From an uncultured Bacteroidales bacterium (GTDB taxonomy: Bacteria; Bacteroidota; Bacteroidia; Bacteroidales; VadinHA17): a stretch of DNA of 64,000 nucleotides. The notes below the pieces were generated by a model. The model was given only the letters and a program-made list of their open reading frames with translations. It had not been told where the DNA came from and ran no database searches. Position 1 is the stretch's first letter; every line of letters starts with the position of its first letter. Positions 9,232-19,751 of the stretch are shown piece after piece. Location: contig CAVYYH010000005.1 in NCBI GenBank assembly GCA_963772705.1, positions 218,939 to 282,938 of the forward strand. The letters run 5' to 3'. A program made the translations under genes and the position numbers.

Positions 9232-10761
9232 ATGATAATGAGAGATATAAAAATAAAGAGTGCCTTTATTTCAGTCTATTATAAGGAGGGGCTGGAGCCA
9301 ATCGTTAAGAAGCTGAAGGCACTGGGTGTCAGCATTGTCTCGACAGGAGGATCATACGATTTTATTACCGGGGCAGGCGTTGAGGCTGTCAGGGTTGAGG
9401 ATATAACCACTTATCCCTCGATTCTGGGAGGCCGGGTCAAGACACTTCATCCCGGCATATTCGGAGGGATCCTTGCAAGAAGGGATAATGAGACAGATAT
9501 GAAGCAGGTTGCCGAATACAATATCCGGCTTTTTGATCTGGTTATTGTTGATCTGTACCCCTTTGAGGAGACAGTAGCTTCGGGAGCTGCTGATCAGGAA
9601 ATAATTGAAAAGATTGATATCGGCGGCGTTTCACTTATCAGGGCAGGGGCCAAGAATCATGCTGATGTGCTGATAGTCTCTTCCAGACTGCAGTATGAAC
9701 CCCTTATGCAGATACTGGACAGGAATGACGGAGTTGTCAGGGGAGAGGAACTGTACAGGTTTGCCGTTGAGGCCTTTGACCTCACCTCGCATTATGATAC
9801 GGCCATTTTCAGCTGGTTCAACCGAAATGATCAGGTCACTTCGTTCAAGAAGAGCATTCTGACGGGAGAGTCTTTGCGCTACGGAGAGAATCCGCATCAG
9901 AAGGGGATGTTTTTCGGTAACCTGAAGAACATCTTCGATCAGCTTCACGGTAAGGAAATATCCTATAATAACCTTCTCGATATTGACGCAGCAATAGCAC
10001 TTATCGATGAGTTTGATGAGACTACCTGCGCAATTCTGAAACACAACAATGCCTGCGGCATTGCATCACGCAGCACTGTCAGGGAATCGTGGGATGCTGC
10101 CCTGGCATGCGATCCGGTATCTGCCTATGGCGGGGTTGCTGTGACAAACAGGGAGATTGACACTGAGGCAGCGACAGAGATGGACAAGATCTTCCTCGAG
10201 GTTGTGATGGCACCCTCATATACAGAGAAGGCAGTTGAGATACTCAGGCAGAAAAAGAACAGGATAATACTTCTTCGCAAACAGTCAGAAGCTGACAGAG
10301 TGACGTTCAGGTCGATGCTGGGAGGAGTGCTGTGGCAGGAGCGCGACAGGGCCAATGAGTCGGCTGCCGATATGAAGCCTGTCACCGTCAGGCATCCCTC
10401 TGAAGATGAGTATCAGGATCTGGTGTTTGCCAACAGGATAGTGAAGCACAGCAGGTCAAACGCTATCGTCCTTGCCAGGGGAAAACAGCTTTGCGCAAGT
10501 GGTATAGGCCAGACATCAAGAATTGACGCCCTGCGTCAGGCAATAGAGAAGGCGCACAGCTTCGGATTGTCGATCGAGGGAGCAGTGATGGCCTCTGACG
10601 CTTTCTTTCCATTCCCTGATTCAGTCACAACGGCCCATGAGGCAGGTATCACTGCTGTGGTTCAGCCGGGAGGCTCTGTGCGCGACCAGGAATCTATAGA
10701 CTACTGCAATAAAAATAATGTTGCAATGGTTTTTACAGGTATAAGACATTTTAAACATTAA
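9232..10761 (+). CDS. purH: bifunctional AICAR transformylase / IMP cyclohydrolase
   Basis: MGS-like N-terminus 'ALISVYYKEGL'-type, 'ILKHNNACG', 'VVQPGGSVRD'. The first ATG in the ORF is at 9232. Confidence 0.93.
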   Translation: MIMRDIKIKSAFISVYYKEGLEPIVKKLKALGVSIVSTGGSYDFITGAGVEAVRVEDITTYPSILGGRVKTLHPGIFGGILARRDNETDMKQVAEYNIRLFDLVIVDLYPFEETVASGAADQEIIEKIDIGGVSLIRAGAKNHADVLIVSSRLQYEPLMQILDRNDGVVRGEELYRFAVEAFDLTSHYDTAIFSWFNRNDQVTSFKKSILTGESLRYGENPHQKGMFFGNLKNIFDQLHGKEISYNNLLDIDAAIALIDEFDETTCAILKHNNACGIASRSTVRESWDAALACDPVSAYGGVAVTNREIDTEAATEMDKIFLEVVMAPSYTEKAVEILRQKKNRIILLRKQSEADRVTFRSMLGGVLWQERDRANESAADMKPVTVRHPSEDEYQDLVFANRIVKHSRSNAIVLARGKQLCASGIGQTSRIDALRQAIEKAHSFGLSIEGAVMASDAFFPFPDSVTTAHEAGITAVVQPGGSVRDQESIDYCNKNNVAMVFTGIRHFKH

Positions 10762-10792
10762 TGATTATAAACAGAATTAGCAGAACAGATCC

Positions 10793-11815
10793 ATGGGCTT
10801 ATTTTCATTTCTTTCACAGGAGGTTGCGATAGACCTCGGCACAGCCAATACAAGCATAATTGCCAATGATAAACTTGTTGTTGATGAACCATCGATAGTG
10901 GCTATCGACCGTAATACGGGCAAAATGATAGCCATAGGGGAGAAGGCACGCCAGATGCACGGCAGAACGCACGAGAACATTCGTGTTATAAGGCCGCTGA
11001 GAGATGGCGTTATTGCTGACTTCAATGCGGCGGAACTAATGATCAGGGGCATGATAAAGATGATCAACACGGGGCCAAAATTCTTTTCACCTTCACTAAA
11101 AATGGTCGTTTGTATTCCGTCAGGAAGTACCGAAGTGGAGATAAGGGCTGTAAGGGACTCGTCAGAACATGCCGGAGGCAGGGATGTCTACCTGATATAT
11201 GAGCCGATGGCTGCTGCAATAGGGATTGGCCTTGATGTCGAGGCACCCGAGGGATGCATGGTGGTTGATATCGGAGGTGGTACAACGGAAATAGCAGTGA
11301 TAGCCCTCGGAGGAATAGTTTGCAACAAGTCGATACGTGTTGCTGGAGACGGCTTTACATCTGATATTCAGTCATATATGAGGCATCAGCATAATATCAA
11401 GGTTGGTGAGAAGACTGCAGAGGATATCAAAATAGCCGTTGGCGCAGCCCTGCCCGATATTGATAATCCACCCGCCGATTATATAGTCCGTGGTCCGAAC
11501 CTCATGACTTCACTGCCGATTGAAATACCTGTCTCATATCAGGAAATCGCATATTGTCTTGACAAGTCTCTGACCAAGGTTGAGGCTGCCATACTGCAGG
11601 TGCTCGAGCAGACACCTCCGGAGCTCTATGCTGATATTGTTACCAGGGGAGTGTTCCTTGCTGGTGGCGGTGCCCTTCTCAGGGGGCTCGACAAACGTCT
11701 GACCGACAAGATCAATATACCGTTCATAGTGGCCGAGGATCCGCTTCATTGTGTCGTAAGAGGCACAGGCGTAGCACTGAAGAACGTGGATAAGTTTCAG
11801 TTCCTGATGCGATAA
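10793..11815 (+). CDS. mreB: rod-shape-determining actin homologue MreB
   Basis: 'AIDLGTANT', 'VVDIGGGTTE', 'LAGGGALLRGLD'. Confidence 0.95.
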   Translation: MGLFSFLSQEVAIDLGTANTSIIANDKLVVDEPSIVAIDRNTGKMIAIGEKARQMHGRTHENIRVIRPLRDGVIADFNAAELMIRGMIKMINTGPKFFSPSLKMVVCIPSGSTEVEIRAVRDSSEHAGGRDVYLIYEPMAAAIGIGLDVEAPEGCMVVDIGGGTTEIAVIALGGIVCNKSIRVAGDGFTSDIQSYMRHQHNIKVGEKTAEDIKIAVGAALPDIDNPPADYIVRGPNLMTSLPIEIPVSYQEIAYCLDKSLTKVEAAILQVLEQTPPELYADIVTRGVFLAGGGALLRGLDKRLTDKINIPFIVAEDPLHCVVRGTGVALKNVDKFQFLMR

Positions 11816-11828
11816 GAAGATTGCATGA

Positions 11829-12656
11829 ATGAGAAGTCTGCTGAACTTCCTCCTCAGGTTTAAGACCCTGATTTTGTTCCTGATACTGGAAGCAGTGGCC
11901 CTGGTCATGATCTCCTCTTCCCACAACTATCACCAGTATGTGACCTTTGGTGCCGCACGGACTGTCTCAGGATATTTTGCAAACAGACTGGAGAACGGAC
12001 GTTCTTATTTCAGACTGAGACAGATAAATCAGCAGCTTGTAACAGAAAACCAGATACTGCGAAGACAGATAGAAGCGATGCGGCTGCTGCCCCAGTCCGA
12101 GTTTGTCACTGTCACCGATACCGTAAGGGGTTCAGGTTACAGTTACCTGTCTGCTACCGTTATAAATAACTCCGTAAATAAGCAGAAGAACTTCATTACC
12201 CTTGACAGGGGTTCGCGTCACGGGGTAACCACAGGGATGGGAGTAGCATCGGCAGAAGGTATTGCAGGGGTGATTGTGGGGGTATCACGTAACTATTCGG
12301 TAGCTATGTCTCTTCTTAACACAGATTTCCGCCTCAGCGCCAGTATCGCCCGGAATGATTATTTCGGCTCTCTTGCCTGGGATGGTAAGAACTACAGGTT
12401 CGCCCAGTTATCGGAGATACCGCATCATGTGGCTGTTACACCTGGAGATACAATTGTGAGCAGCGGCTACTCGGCCATCTTCCCCGAAGGGCTTGTGATC
12501 GGAACCCTTACCGGGGATCAGAAAAAGGGAGGCGACTTTGTAACTCTGAAGGTGGAGTTGTCTGCTGATTTCAAAAAGCTTACCAACGTGTACATCATAA
12601 GCAACCTCTCGCGTGACGAGAGAGACACCATTGAAGCGGAGGTTGTTAATGAATAG
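11829..12656 (+). CDS. mreC: rod-shape-determining protein MreC
   Basis: N-terminal TM, coiled coil 'NQQLVTENQILRRQIEAM', beta-rich C-terminus; positioned between mreB and mreD. Confidence 0.85.
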   Translation: MRSLLNFLLRFKTLILFLILEAVALVMISSSHNYHQYVTFGAARTVSGYFANRLENGRSYFRLRQINQQLVTENQILRRQIEAMRLLPQSEFVTVTDTVRGSGYSYLSATVINNSVNKQKNFITLDRGSRHGVTTGMGVASAEGIAGVIVGVSRNYSVAMSLLNTDFRLSASIARNDYFGSLAWDGKNYRFAQLSEIPHHVAVTPGDTIVSSGYSAIFPEGLVIGTLTGDQKKGGDFVTLKVELSADFKKLTNVYIISNLSRDERDTIEAEVVNE

Positions 12657-13152
12657 GGGACTGAACTATATCGCTTCATTTGTCGGACTGATATTACTTC
12701 AGCTGCTTATCTTCAATAATATCCAGCTCAGCGGCTATGTCAACCCTTATATTTATGTGATGTTCATTCTGATACTGCCGTTGAACATACCATCCTGGAT
12801 TCTTCTTCTTCTTTCATTCATGACAGGTTTTGTGGTTGACCTTTTCTCCGGCACATTTGGAGTACATACTTTTGCCACCGTGATGGCCGGATTTGCAAGA
12901 CCCTGGGTACTTTCACTAAACGTTGCCCTTGAAGCATCTGATCCCGGCAGCTCTCCTTCGTCACATATCGGCGGCAGGAGATGGTTCATGATCTATGCAA
13001 TGACGGTGGTGCTTATACACCATCTCAGCCTGTTTTATGTTGAGGTATTCAGTTTCACAGGCTTCTTCCGTACTCTGCTCAGGGTACTGTTCAGTACAGT
13101 CGTTACAACTTTCTTTATTTTTATTTTCGATCTTCTCAGACCACGCAAATAG
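12649..13152 (+). CDS. mreD: rod-shape-determining protein MreD
   Basis: Small polytopic membrane protein. ATG at 12649 overlaps the mreC stop. Operon context supports the call. Confidence 0.7.
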   Translation: MNRGLNYIASFVGLILLQLLIFNNIQLSGYVNPYIYVMFILILPLNIPSWILLLLSFMTGFVVDLFSGTFGVHTFATVMAGFARPWVLSLNVALEASDPGSSPSSHIGGRRWFMIYAMTVVLIHHLSLFYVEVFSFTGFFRTLLRVLFSTVVTTFFIFIFDLLRPRK

Positions 13153-13161
13153 GGAGCAGGA

Positions 13162-14997
13162 ATGAAAGATCGTTTTGCAAACAGGAAGTATTTCATTATG
13201 GCTCTGGCAATAGCTGCGGCTGTGATCCTTATCCTGAGGCTCTTCTATATCCAGATCATTGACAAGACTTACCGCACCTCTGCCGCCAACAATGTTCTGA
13301 GGCACATTACCCAGTACCCGGCCCGTGGCCTGGTCTATGACCGCAACGGAGAGCTGATTGTCTATAATCAGGCAGCATATGACCTCCTGGTGGTCCCTGT
13401 TCAGACCAGTGCCTTTGATACTGCAAGATTCAATGAGATACTGGGTATCAGCATGAAGGACTTCCGTGACCGGATGAAGGCAGCTGTCTCATATTCGAGG
13501 CGCGCCCCGTCTGTATTTATGAAGATGATCTCTTCTGAAACCTATGGGTTTTTACAGGAGGAGCTCTACAAATTTCCCGGGTTTTATGTTCAGGCCAGGA
13601 CTCTCAGGAAATACACCAGGCCGGTCGGAGCACATCTGCTGGGGTATGTGGGTGAGGTGGATGATAAGCTTATAGGGCAGGATAAATATTACAGGTCAGG
13701 CGATTATATCGGGGTAAGCGGTATTGAGAAGTCTTACGAGGAGCACCTGCGAGGGAGAAAGGGGGTCAATATATTCCTTGTAGATGTACACAACAATATA
13801 AAAGGGTCCTATGCCGACGGCAGATTTGATACGACGTCTGTCCCGGGCACCAACCTTTGGTCAACCATTGACCTCAGTCTGCAGGAGTACGGTGAGAGGC
13901 TGATGCGCAACAAGACAGGTTCAATTGTGGCTATTGAACCCTCTACAGGGGAGATACTGGCTCTCGTCTCCTCTCCCTCATATGACCCCTCGCTGCTTGT
14001 AGGAAGGGTCAGATCATCGAATTTTACAAGGTTGCAGGCTGACACTGTCAAGCCGTTGTTTGACAGGGCACTCATGGCTTCATATCCGCCAGGGTCAACA
14101 TTCAAGATGATGAATGGCCTCATTGGCCTGGAAGAGGGGGTTATACGCCCGACCTCTCTCTTTGGGTGCAGCATGGGTTATCATGCCGGTTCGCTGACGG
14201 TAGGATGTCATTCGCACAGCTCTCCGCTTGATCTGCCTGGTGCAGTGATGAACTCATGCAACGCATGGTTCTGCAATGCTTTCAGGAGCATTCTTGAGAA
14301 CAAGGGATACAATTCCATCCAGGAGGCCTATGACAGGTGGAGAGAGTACCTGGTGGCCTTCGGTTTTGGTAACAAGCTGGGCATTGACCTTCCCAACGAG
14401 TTGTCAGGTTTTATTCCAACCAGGTCATATTACGACAGGTATTATGGCAAAGACAGGTGGAAGGCCCTGACAGTGATTTCGCTTGCCATCGGACAGGGAG
14501 AGATTGGCGCAACACCCCTGCAAATGGCCAATATGGCGACGGTAATAGCCAACAGAGGATCATTCTTTATACCTCACATTGTCAAAAAGATAGGTGAAGA
14601 CGGAGGTCCGTCATCTGTCTTTTCGCAGAAGTACACCACGGGCATCTCAGCTGAGAACTTTGAACCCATCATCGAGGGAATGGAAGGGGCTGTCAACGGC
14701 GGTCCAGGTGCCACCGCCCGCGGTGCCAGGCTCGACAGTATTATCATTTGCGGTAAGACCGGAACGGCACAGAACCCACACGGTAAGGACCATTCAATTT
14801 TCGTGGCCTTCGCCCCCAAGGACAATCCTCAGATCGCCATCGCGGTCTACGTAGAGAATGCAGGCTTCGGATCTACATTCGCAGCGCCTATTGCCAGTCT
14901 GATGATTGAGGAATATCTTACCGGCAAGATAAAGAGACAATACCTTGAAGATTACGTCCTGAAAGTAGTGATAGCCCCTGATGGAAAAGAACAGTAA
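13162..14997 (+). CDS. mrdA: penicillin-binding protein 2 (elongasome transpeptidase)
   Basis: SxxK 'STFK', SxN 'SCN', 'KTGTA'; N-terminal TM anchor. Confidence 0.9.
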   Translation: MKDRFANRKYFIMALAIAAAVILILRLFYIQIIDKTYRTSAANNVLRHITQYPARGLVYDRNGELIVYNQAAYDLLVVPVQTSAFDTARFNEILGISMKDFRDRMKAAVSYSRRAPSVFMKMISSETYGFLQEELYKFPGFYVQARTLRKYTRPVGAHLLGYVGEVDDKLIGQDKYYRSGDYIGVSGIEKSYEEHLRGRKGVNIFLVDVHNNIKGSYADGRFDTTSVPGTNLWSTIDLSLQEYGERLMRNKTGSIVAIEPSTGEILALVSSPSYDPSLLVGRVRSSNFTRLQADTVKPLFDRALMASYPPGSTFKMMNGLIGLEEGVIRPTSLFGCSMGYHAGSLTVGCHSHSSPLDLPGAVMNSCNAWFCNAFRSILENKGYNSIQEAYDRWREYLVAFGFGNKLGIDLPNELSGFIPTRSYYDRYYGKDRWKALTVISLAIGQGEIGATPLQMANMATVIANRGSFFIPHIVKKIGEDGGPSSVFSQKYTTGISAENFEPIIEGMEGAVNGGPGATARGARLDSIIICGKTGTAQNPHGKDHSIFVAFAPKDNPQIAIAVYVENAGFGSTFAAPIASLMIEEYLTGKIKRQYLEDYVLKVVIAPDGKEQ

Positions 14998-16396
14998 CAT
15001 ACTTAACAGGCTCGACTGGCTGACGGTACTCCTCTGGGGCACGATGATGATAATGGGGTGGCTTAACATTTATGCTGCCGTATACAATGAGGAGTATACA
15101 AGTATTTTTGACATGTCACAGCGTTACGGCAAACAGCTGTTATTTATTATTGCCGCTGTTATTCTTGCCATTTTTGTCCTGGTGACAGACAACAAACTGT
15201 ATTACTTCTTCGCATGGTTCATATACGGGATATTCGTTTTTCTCCTGCTGATGGTCCTTGTTGTCGGCAAGGAGATAAACGGTGCGAAAGCCTGGTTTGA
15301 GTTTGGCCCGTTCGGTATTCAGCCTTCCGAGTTTGCAAAATTTGCTACGGGCCTCGCACTTGCCTCATATCTCAATTCAAAGAGACAGGCGTTAGGATTC
15401 AGAACCATGGCAACGGCGACATCAATCATCATGGCCCCGGTCATACTCATTGCGGTTCAGCCTGATATGGGTTCGGTCATTACATATTTTGCGTTTTTCA
15501 TTGTGTTGTTCCGTGAGGGAATGAGCATCTATGTCTTTATCTCAGCATTGCTTGCCGTGATATTGTTTCTCCTTACCCTGATCTTCGGAACTGTCCCCGT
15601 GGCTCTCGGACTGATAATCCTGTCATTTGCTGCACTCTGGATCTTTATCCGTAATACACAGGTGCTGACAGCCCTGGGAATAATGGCGGGAGCGGGCGCC
15701 CTGAGCTACCTTGCAGGTCACTATATCTTCGGGGCAGGGCTCGATTTAATAATAGTATCATCAGTGGTGCTCTCCGGTGCGATATATGCATGGTATCTTT
15801 ACAGGTACAGGCTTAAGATGGCGGTAATAATATACAGCTTCCTCCTGGGAGGCATACTTTACCTCTTTACTGTTGACTACGCCTTTCATGAAATACTCAA
15901 GCCTCATCAGCAGACCAGGATAAACATTATGCTGGGGATGGAGGATGACCCTTACGGTACAGGATACAACCTCAATCAGTCACTCATATCCATCGGGTCG
16001 GGCGGATTTGCCGGCAAGGGCTACCTGAACGGAACGCAGACCAAGTTCAAGTTTGTCCCTGAACAGAGCACCGATTTCATCTTCTGCACGGTGGGAGAAG
16101 AATGGGGTTTCGTCGGGTCTGTGGTTGTCATAGGGCTGTTTGTATTGCTGCTGCTCAGGCTTGTGATGCTTGCCGAGAGGCAGCGGACAACATTTGTCCG
16201 CGCATATGGCTATGGTGTCTTCGGACTCTTCCTCGTCCACTTCTTCGTTAATATAGGAATGACGATAGGGGTTATGCCTGTCATCGGAATACCCCTTCCC
16301 TTCTTCAGCTACGGAGGGAGCTCCCTCTGGGGGTTCACCATATTGCTGTTTGTTTTTCTCAGGCTCGACGCAGGAAGAGCAGAGTACCTCGGATGA
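14981..16396 (+). CDS. rodA: SEDS-family peptidoglycan polymerase RodA
   Basis: Polytopic; 'PSEFAKF', 'ISIGSGGFAGKG', 'PEQSTDFIF'; 17-nt overlap with mrdA. Confidence 0.9.
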   Translation: MEKNSNILNRLDWLTVLLWGTMMIMGWLNIYAAVYNEEYTSIFDMSQRYGKQLLFIIAAVILAIFVLVTDNKLYYFFAWFIYGIFVFLLLMVLVVGKEINGAKAWFEFGPFGIQPSEFAKFATGLALASYLNSKRQALGFRTMATATSIIMAPVILIAVQPDMGSVITYFAFFIVLFREGMSIYVFISALLAVILFLLTLIFGTVPVALGLIILSFAALWIFIRNTQVLTALGIMAGAGALSYLAGHYIFGAGLDLIIVSSVVLSGAIYAWYLYRYRLKMAVIIYSFLLGGILYLFTVDYAFHEILKPHQQTRINIMLGMEDDPYGTGYNLNQSLISIGSGGFAGKGYLNGTQTKFKFVPEQSTDFIFCTVGEEWGFVGSVVVIGLFVLLLLRLVMLAERQRTTFVRAYGYGVFGLFLVHFFVNIGMTIGVMPVIGIPLPFFSYGGSSLWGFTILLFVFLRLDAGRAEYLG

Positions 16397-17008
16397 TCAG
16401 AACGGCATCCTGATGCCCGGAGACAATACAATGCCGAACTCATTCTCAACATAGTTTATCAGTTCGGGGAAAAACTCCATGAAGTCCTCTTCAATTGAAT
16501 AGTACTGTTTCTTCCATACCCTCATGGCCCACCTCGTCTCCCTGGGCAGCGAAGTAACCGTGCTGAGGGTCTTGAGTACTCTCCTTATCCCATTCATGGT
16601 CTGGTATGTCTCGAGCCAGTTGTCAATAATGAAGAAGGGCATCTTCTCACGTACCATCTCAGGAAGTATCTCGAAGTTATTGACCATGGCCCTGTAAAAG
16701 TTATAGGTAACACTCTCGAGAGGCCTTCGGGAGAAGAGATCCCACTCTTTCGTCAGGTAATGGTCATAAAGAATATCGACAATAACGCCTGCATATAGCC
16801 TGTACCTGCCTGTGAAATGCATTTTACTGCGGTGTACAACAGGATGCCTGTCGGTAAAGGCATCGATATGACGATGAAGGATGATTCCCTTCCTTATAGC
16901 TTCCGGGTATTTCAGATAATCACGCCCCTTGACATAATCGCCTATATAGTTCCCAATAATGATATTATCCGAGTCACCTGACAGATATATGTGAGCGAGG
17001 ACGTTCAT
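16397..17008 (-). CDS. acpH: acyl carrier protein phosphodiesterase (AcpH family)
   Basis: 'MNVLAHIYLSG...GDYVKG...HRHIDAFTD' matches the AcpH N-terminal pattern. Confidence 0.75.
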   Translation of the reverse strand: MNVLAHIYLSGDSDNIIIGNYIGDYVKGRDYLKYPEAIRKGIILHRHIDAFTDRHPVVHRSKMHFTGRYRLYAGVIVDILYDHYLTKEWDLFSRRPLESVTYNFYRAMVNNFEILPEMVREKMPFFIIDNWLETYQTMNGIRRVLKTLSTVTSLPRETRWAMRVWKKQYYSIEEDFMEFFPELINYVENEFGIVLSPGIRMPF

Positions 17009-17182
17009 CCGGGATGTGTTACTACAAAGATTCTGCCAATAAGAACAGAAAAAAAATATTAAGACCGAAATTCTTTAACAATATCCTGCTGATTTACTAA
17101 CTGTCATATTATCAAAATATTATATAAAACAGCAGTTTTTTAGAATATGTTTAAAATCAGCTTCCAATTCAGTTACAAATTA

Positions 17183-17190
17183 TAAATTTG
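17183..17190 (+). promoter_or_regulatory. candidate Bacteroidota-type -7 box (TAnnTTTG)
   Basis: TAAATTTG lies in a 247-bp AT-rich spacer, 66 nt upstream of the 17256 ATG. No clean -33 TTTG. Confidence 0.3.
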
Positions 17191-17255
17191 CCGGACATAA
17201 ATACAATGATATCCGGATAATAAATTATAAAAAACAAAAATAACAAGGAGGTTTT

Positions 17256-18593
17256 ATGTTAAAGAGGAATGTGATCATTATTGGAGCTGCCGGCAGGGAT
17301 TTCCACAACTTCAATACTTATTTCCGTGACAACGAGATTTACAATGTTGTGGCTTTTACAGCAGCTCAGATACCTGACATTGACGGCAGGAAGTATCCGG
17401 CTGAGCTTGCAGGCAAGCTTTATCCTGCAGGAATCCCCATTTATTCCGAGAATGATCTGCCGAAGCTGATCAGGGATTTGAATGTGGCGGATTGTGTCTT
17501 TGCCTACAGCGATGTAACATATCAGAAAGTAATGTCAATGAGTGCTATTGTCAACGCTGCAGGTGCTAATTTCATCTTGCTCGGATGGCGTGAGACAATG
17601 GTTAAGAGCACGAAGCCGGTAATAGCTGTCGGAGCCATACGAACCGGATGTGGCAAGAGCCAGACATCAAGAAGGGTCATTGAGCTGCTCATGAAAAGAG
17701 GGCTGAAGGTCGTTGCAGTACGCCACCCTATGCCTTACGGCAATCTTGTTGAACAGAAGGTTCAGCGCTTTGCGGTAGTCTCTGATCTTGCAAAACACAA
17801 ATGCACGGTTGAAGAGATGGAAGAGTATGAGCCTCATGTTGTCAGGGGAAATGTGATCTACGCAGGCGTAGACTACGAAGCTATCCTGAGGGCCGCCGAG
17901 AAGGATCCGTCAGGATGTGATGTTATCTTGTGGGATGGAGGTAACAATGACTTCCCGTTCTACACTCCTGATCTTATGATAACTGTCACCGATCCGCACA
18001 GGGCAGGTCATGAACTCAGGTATTACCCCGGTGAAGTAACGTTAAGGATAGCTGATGTGGTTGTGATAAATAAAATGGACAGCTCGGCACCTGATGACAT
18101 TCAGACAGTCCGCGAAAGCATTGAGCTTGTAGCTCCCGGGGCTGTTGTGGTTGACGGGGCATCACCGATAAAGGTTGATGATCCTTCCATAATCAAGGGC
18201 AAGCGTGTGCTGGTTGTGGAGGATGGCCCGACTCTTACGCACGGAGAGATGAAGATTGGTGCAGGGGTTGTTGCTGCGAGGAAGTTTGGCGCCTCAGAGA
18301 TTGTTGATCCGAGACCTTATACTGTAGGGAGACTGACCGAGACCTTTGAGAAATATCCCGGCATAGGCACTCTGCTGCCTGCAATGGGATACGGTGACCA
18401 GCAACTGAAGGATCTGGAGACAACGATAAATAATACCGATTGTGATTCAGTTGTGATCGGCACGCCGATAGACCTTAACCGCATTATTAAGATCACCAAG
18501 CCTAACACCAGGGTCTATTATGATCTGCAGGAGATTGGCAATCCCAATCTTGAAGAGGTGATAGACGAGTTTGTGAAGAAGCATAAGCTTTAG
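17256..18593 (+). CDS. COG2403-type predicted P-loop GTPase / cyclic 2,3-diphosphoglycerate synthetase-like protein
   Basis: 'IIGAAGRDFHNFN', P-loop 'GAIRTGCGKSQTS', 'VRHPMPYG'. Strong SD AAGGAGG at 17245-17251. Confidence 0.65.
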   Translation: MLKRNVIIIGAAGRDFHNFNTYFRDNEIYNVVAFTAAQIPDIDGRKYPAELAGKLYPAGIPIYSENDLPKLIRDLNVADCVFAYSDVTYQKVMSMSAIVNAAGANFILLGWRETMVKSTKPVIAVGAIRTGCGKSQTSRRVIELLMKRGLKVVAVRHPMPYGNLVEQKVQRFAVVSDLAKHKCTVEEMEEYEPHVVRGNVIYAGVDYEAILRAAEKDPSGCDVILWDGGNNDFPFYTPDLMITVTDPHRAGHELRYYPGEVTLRIADVVVINKMDSSAPDDIQTVRESIELVAPGAVVVDGASPIKVDDPSIIKGKRVLVVEDGPTLTHGEMKIGAGVVAARKFGASEIVDPRPYTVGRLTETFEKYPGIGTLLPAMGYGDQQLKDLETTINNTDCDSVVIGTPIDLNRIIKITKPNTRVYYDLQEIGNPNLEEVIDEFVKKHKL

Positions 18594-18617
18594 GCAATAG
18601 TCCGGTCAAAAGACTAC

Positions 18618-18670
18618 AGTCCTCAGTCAGCAGTCCTGTAAAAGGCTGAACAGACTGAGGACTTTTTTTT
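18618..18670 (+). terminator. rho-independent terminator
   Basis: 11-bp stem AGTCCTCAGTC / GACTGAGGACT followed by a T8 run. The 5' arm is itself heptamer-periodic. Confidence 0.8.
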
Positions 18671-18713
18671 ATTGCAGGATTGCTGCTGGCTGCTGACTAC
18701 CGGCAGGCTGCTG
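18618..18713. repeat. heptamer-periodic low-complexity block (AGTCCTC/AGTCAGC/AGTCCTG ... GCTGCTG-type)
   Basis: Read directly. Related to the GCAGTCCT units at 63525-63576. Confidence 0.5.
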
Positions 18714-18745
18714 AATTTTTCTATCTTTACGGCAGAAACTGAGTT

Positions 18746-19750
18746 ATGCCTGAACTTAAAGCTGCTGATGTAACCATTGTTGGCTCAGGAAGCTGGGCCA
18801 CCGCAATAGCCATGGTGCTTACCTCAAACGGTAAAAGAGTTGCATGGTATATTGACCGGCCGGACATCTTCCGTCACGTGAGACGATATCATCAAAACCC
18901 CCGCTATATTACTTCGGTAAAGTTCGATCCTGACCTTATTGAGCCACTTGATGACATCAGTGAGGCAGTCAGAGCGTCAGAGATCATCATACTTGTCACC
19001 CCTGCCGCCTTTCTGAAAGCGGAACTGGAAGGACTGGATGGCGAAGCATTCTCAGGTAAGACAGTATGCACTGGCATCAAGGGTATTGTACCGATTGATA
19101 ATACCGTAGTAGGGGAATTCATACATATGCAATACGATGTACCCTATGACGATATAGTGATAATTACCGGCCCCAGTCACGCCGAGGAGGTGTCAATGGA
19201 GAAACTGACATATCTGACCTTTGCGTCACCAGGAAGAAAGAAGGCGGAAACTGTGGCAAGCCTCTTCTCCAACAGATGGATAATGACAATTATTTCGAGG
19301 GATATCTTCGGTACCGAGTATGCAGCAGTAATGAAGAATATCTATGCCATCGCGGCAGGCATTGCTCACGGACTGGGATACGGTGATAACTTCATTGCTG
19401 TTCTGCTGGCAAACGCTGTCGGCGAGATGAGGCGCTTTGTAGAGGCTATTTCACCTGATATCCGCGACATAACAGACTCACCTTACCTTGGTGACCTGCT
19501 TGTGACCGGCTATTCACAGTTCAGCCGGAACAGGGCACTCGGCCACATGATAGGAAAAGGGTTCAGCGTCAGCAGTGCGCTTCTTGAGATGACACAGGTG
19601 GCTGAAGGTTATTATGCCTCGAGTTGTATCAATGAGGTAAATGTACGGCAAGGTGTTGACATGCCGATAGCCAACGCAGTTTACAGGATACTATATAAGA
19701 ACGCCTCGCCTTTGCAGGAGATAAAAAGCCTTACAAAAAGACTTAAGTAA
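18746..19750 (+). CDS. gpsA: NAD(P)H-dependent glycerol-3-phosphate dehydrogenase
   Basis: 'VGSGSWATA' dinucleotide fold and GpsA-like C-terminal domain 'AEGYYA'. Confidence 0.92.
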   Translation: MPELKAADVTIVGSGSWATAIAMVLTSNGKRVAWYIDRPDIFRHVRRYHQNPRYITSVKFDPDLIEPLDDISEAVRASEIIILVTPAAFLKAELEGLDGEAFSGKTVCTGIKGIVPIDNTVVGEFIHMQYDVPYDDIVIITGPSHAEEVSMEKLTYLTFASPGRKKAETVASLFSNRWIMTIISRDIFGTEYAAVMKNIYAIAAGIAHGLGYGDNFIAVLLANAVGEMRRFVEAISPDIRDITDSPYLGDLLVTGYSQFSRNRALGHMIGKGFSVSSALLEMTQVAEGYYASSCINEVNVRQGVDMPIANAVYRILYKNASPLQEIKSLTKRLK

Positions 19751-19751
19751 T

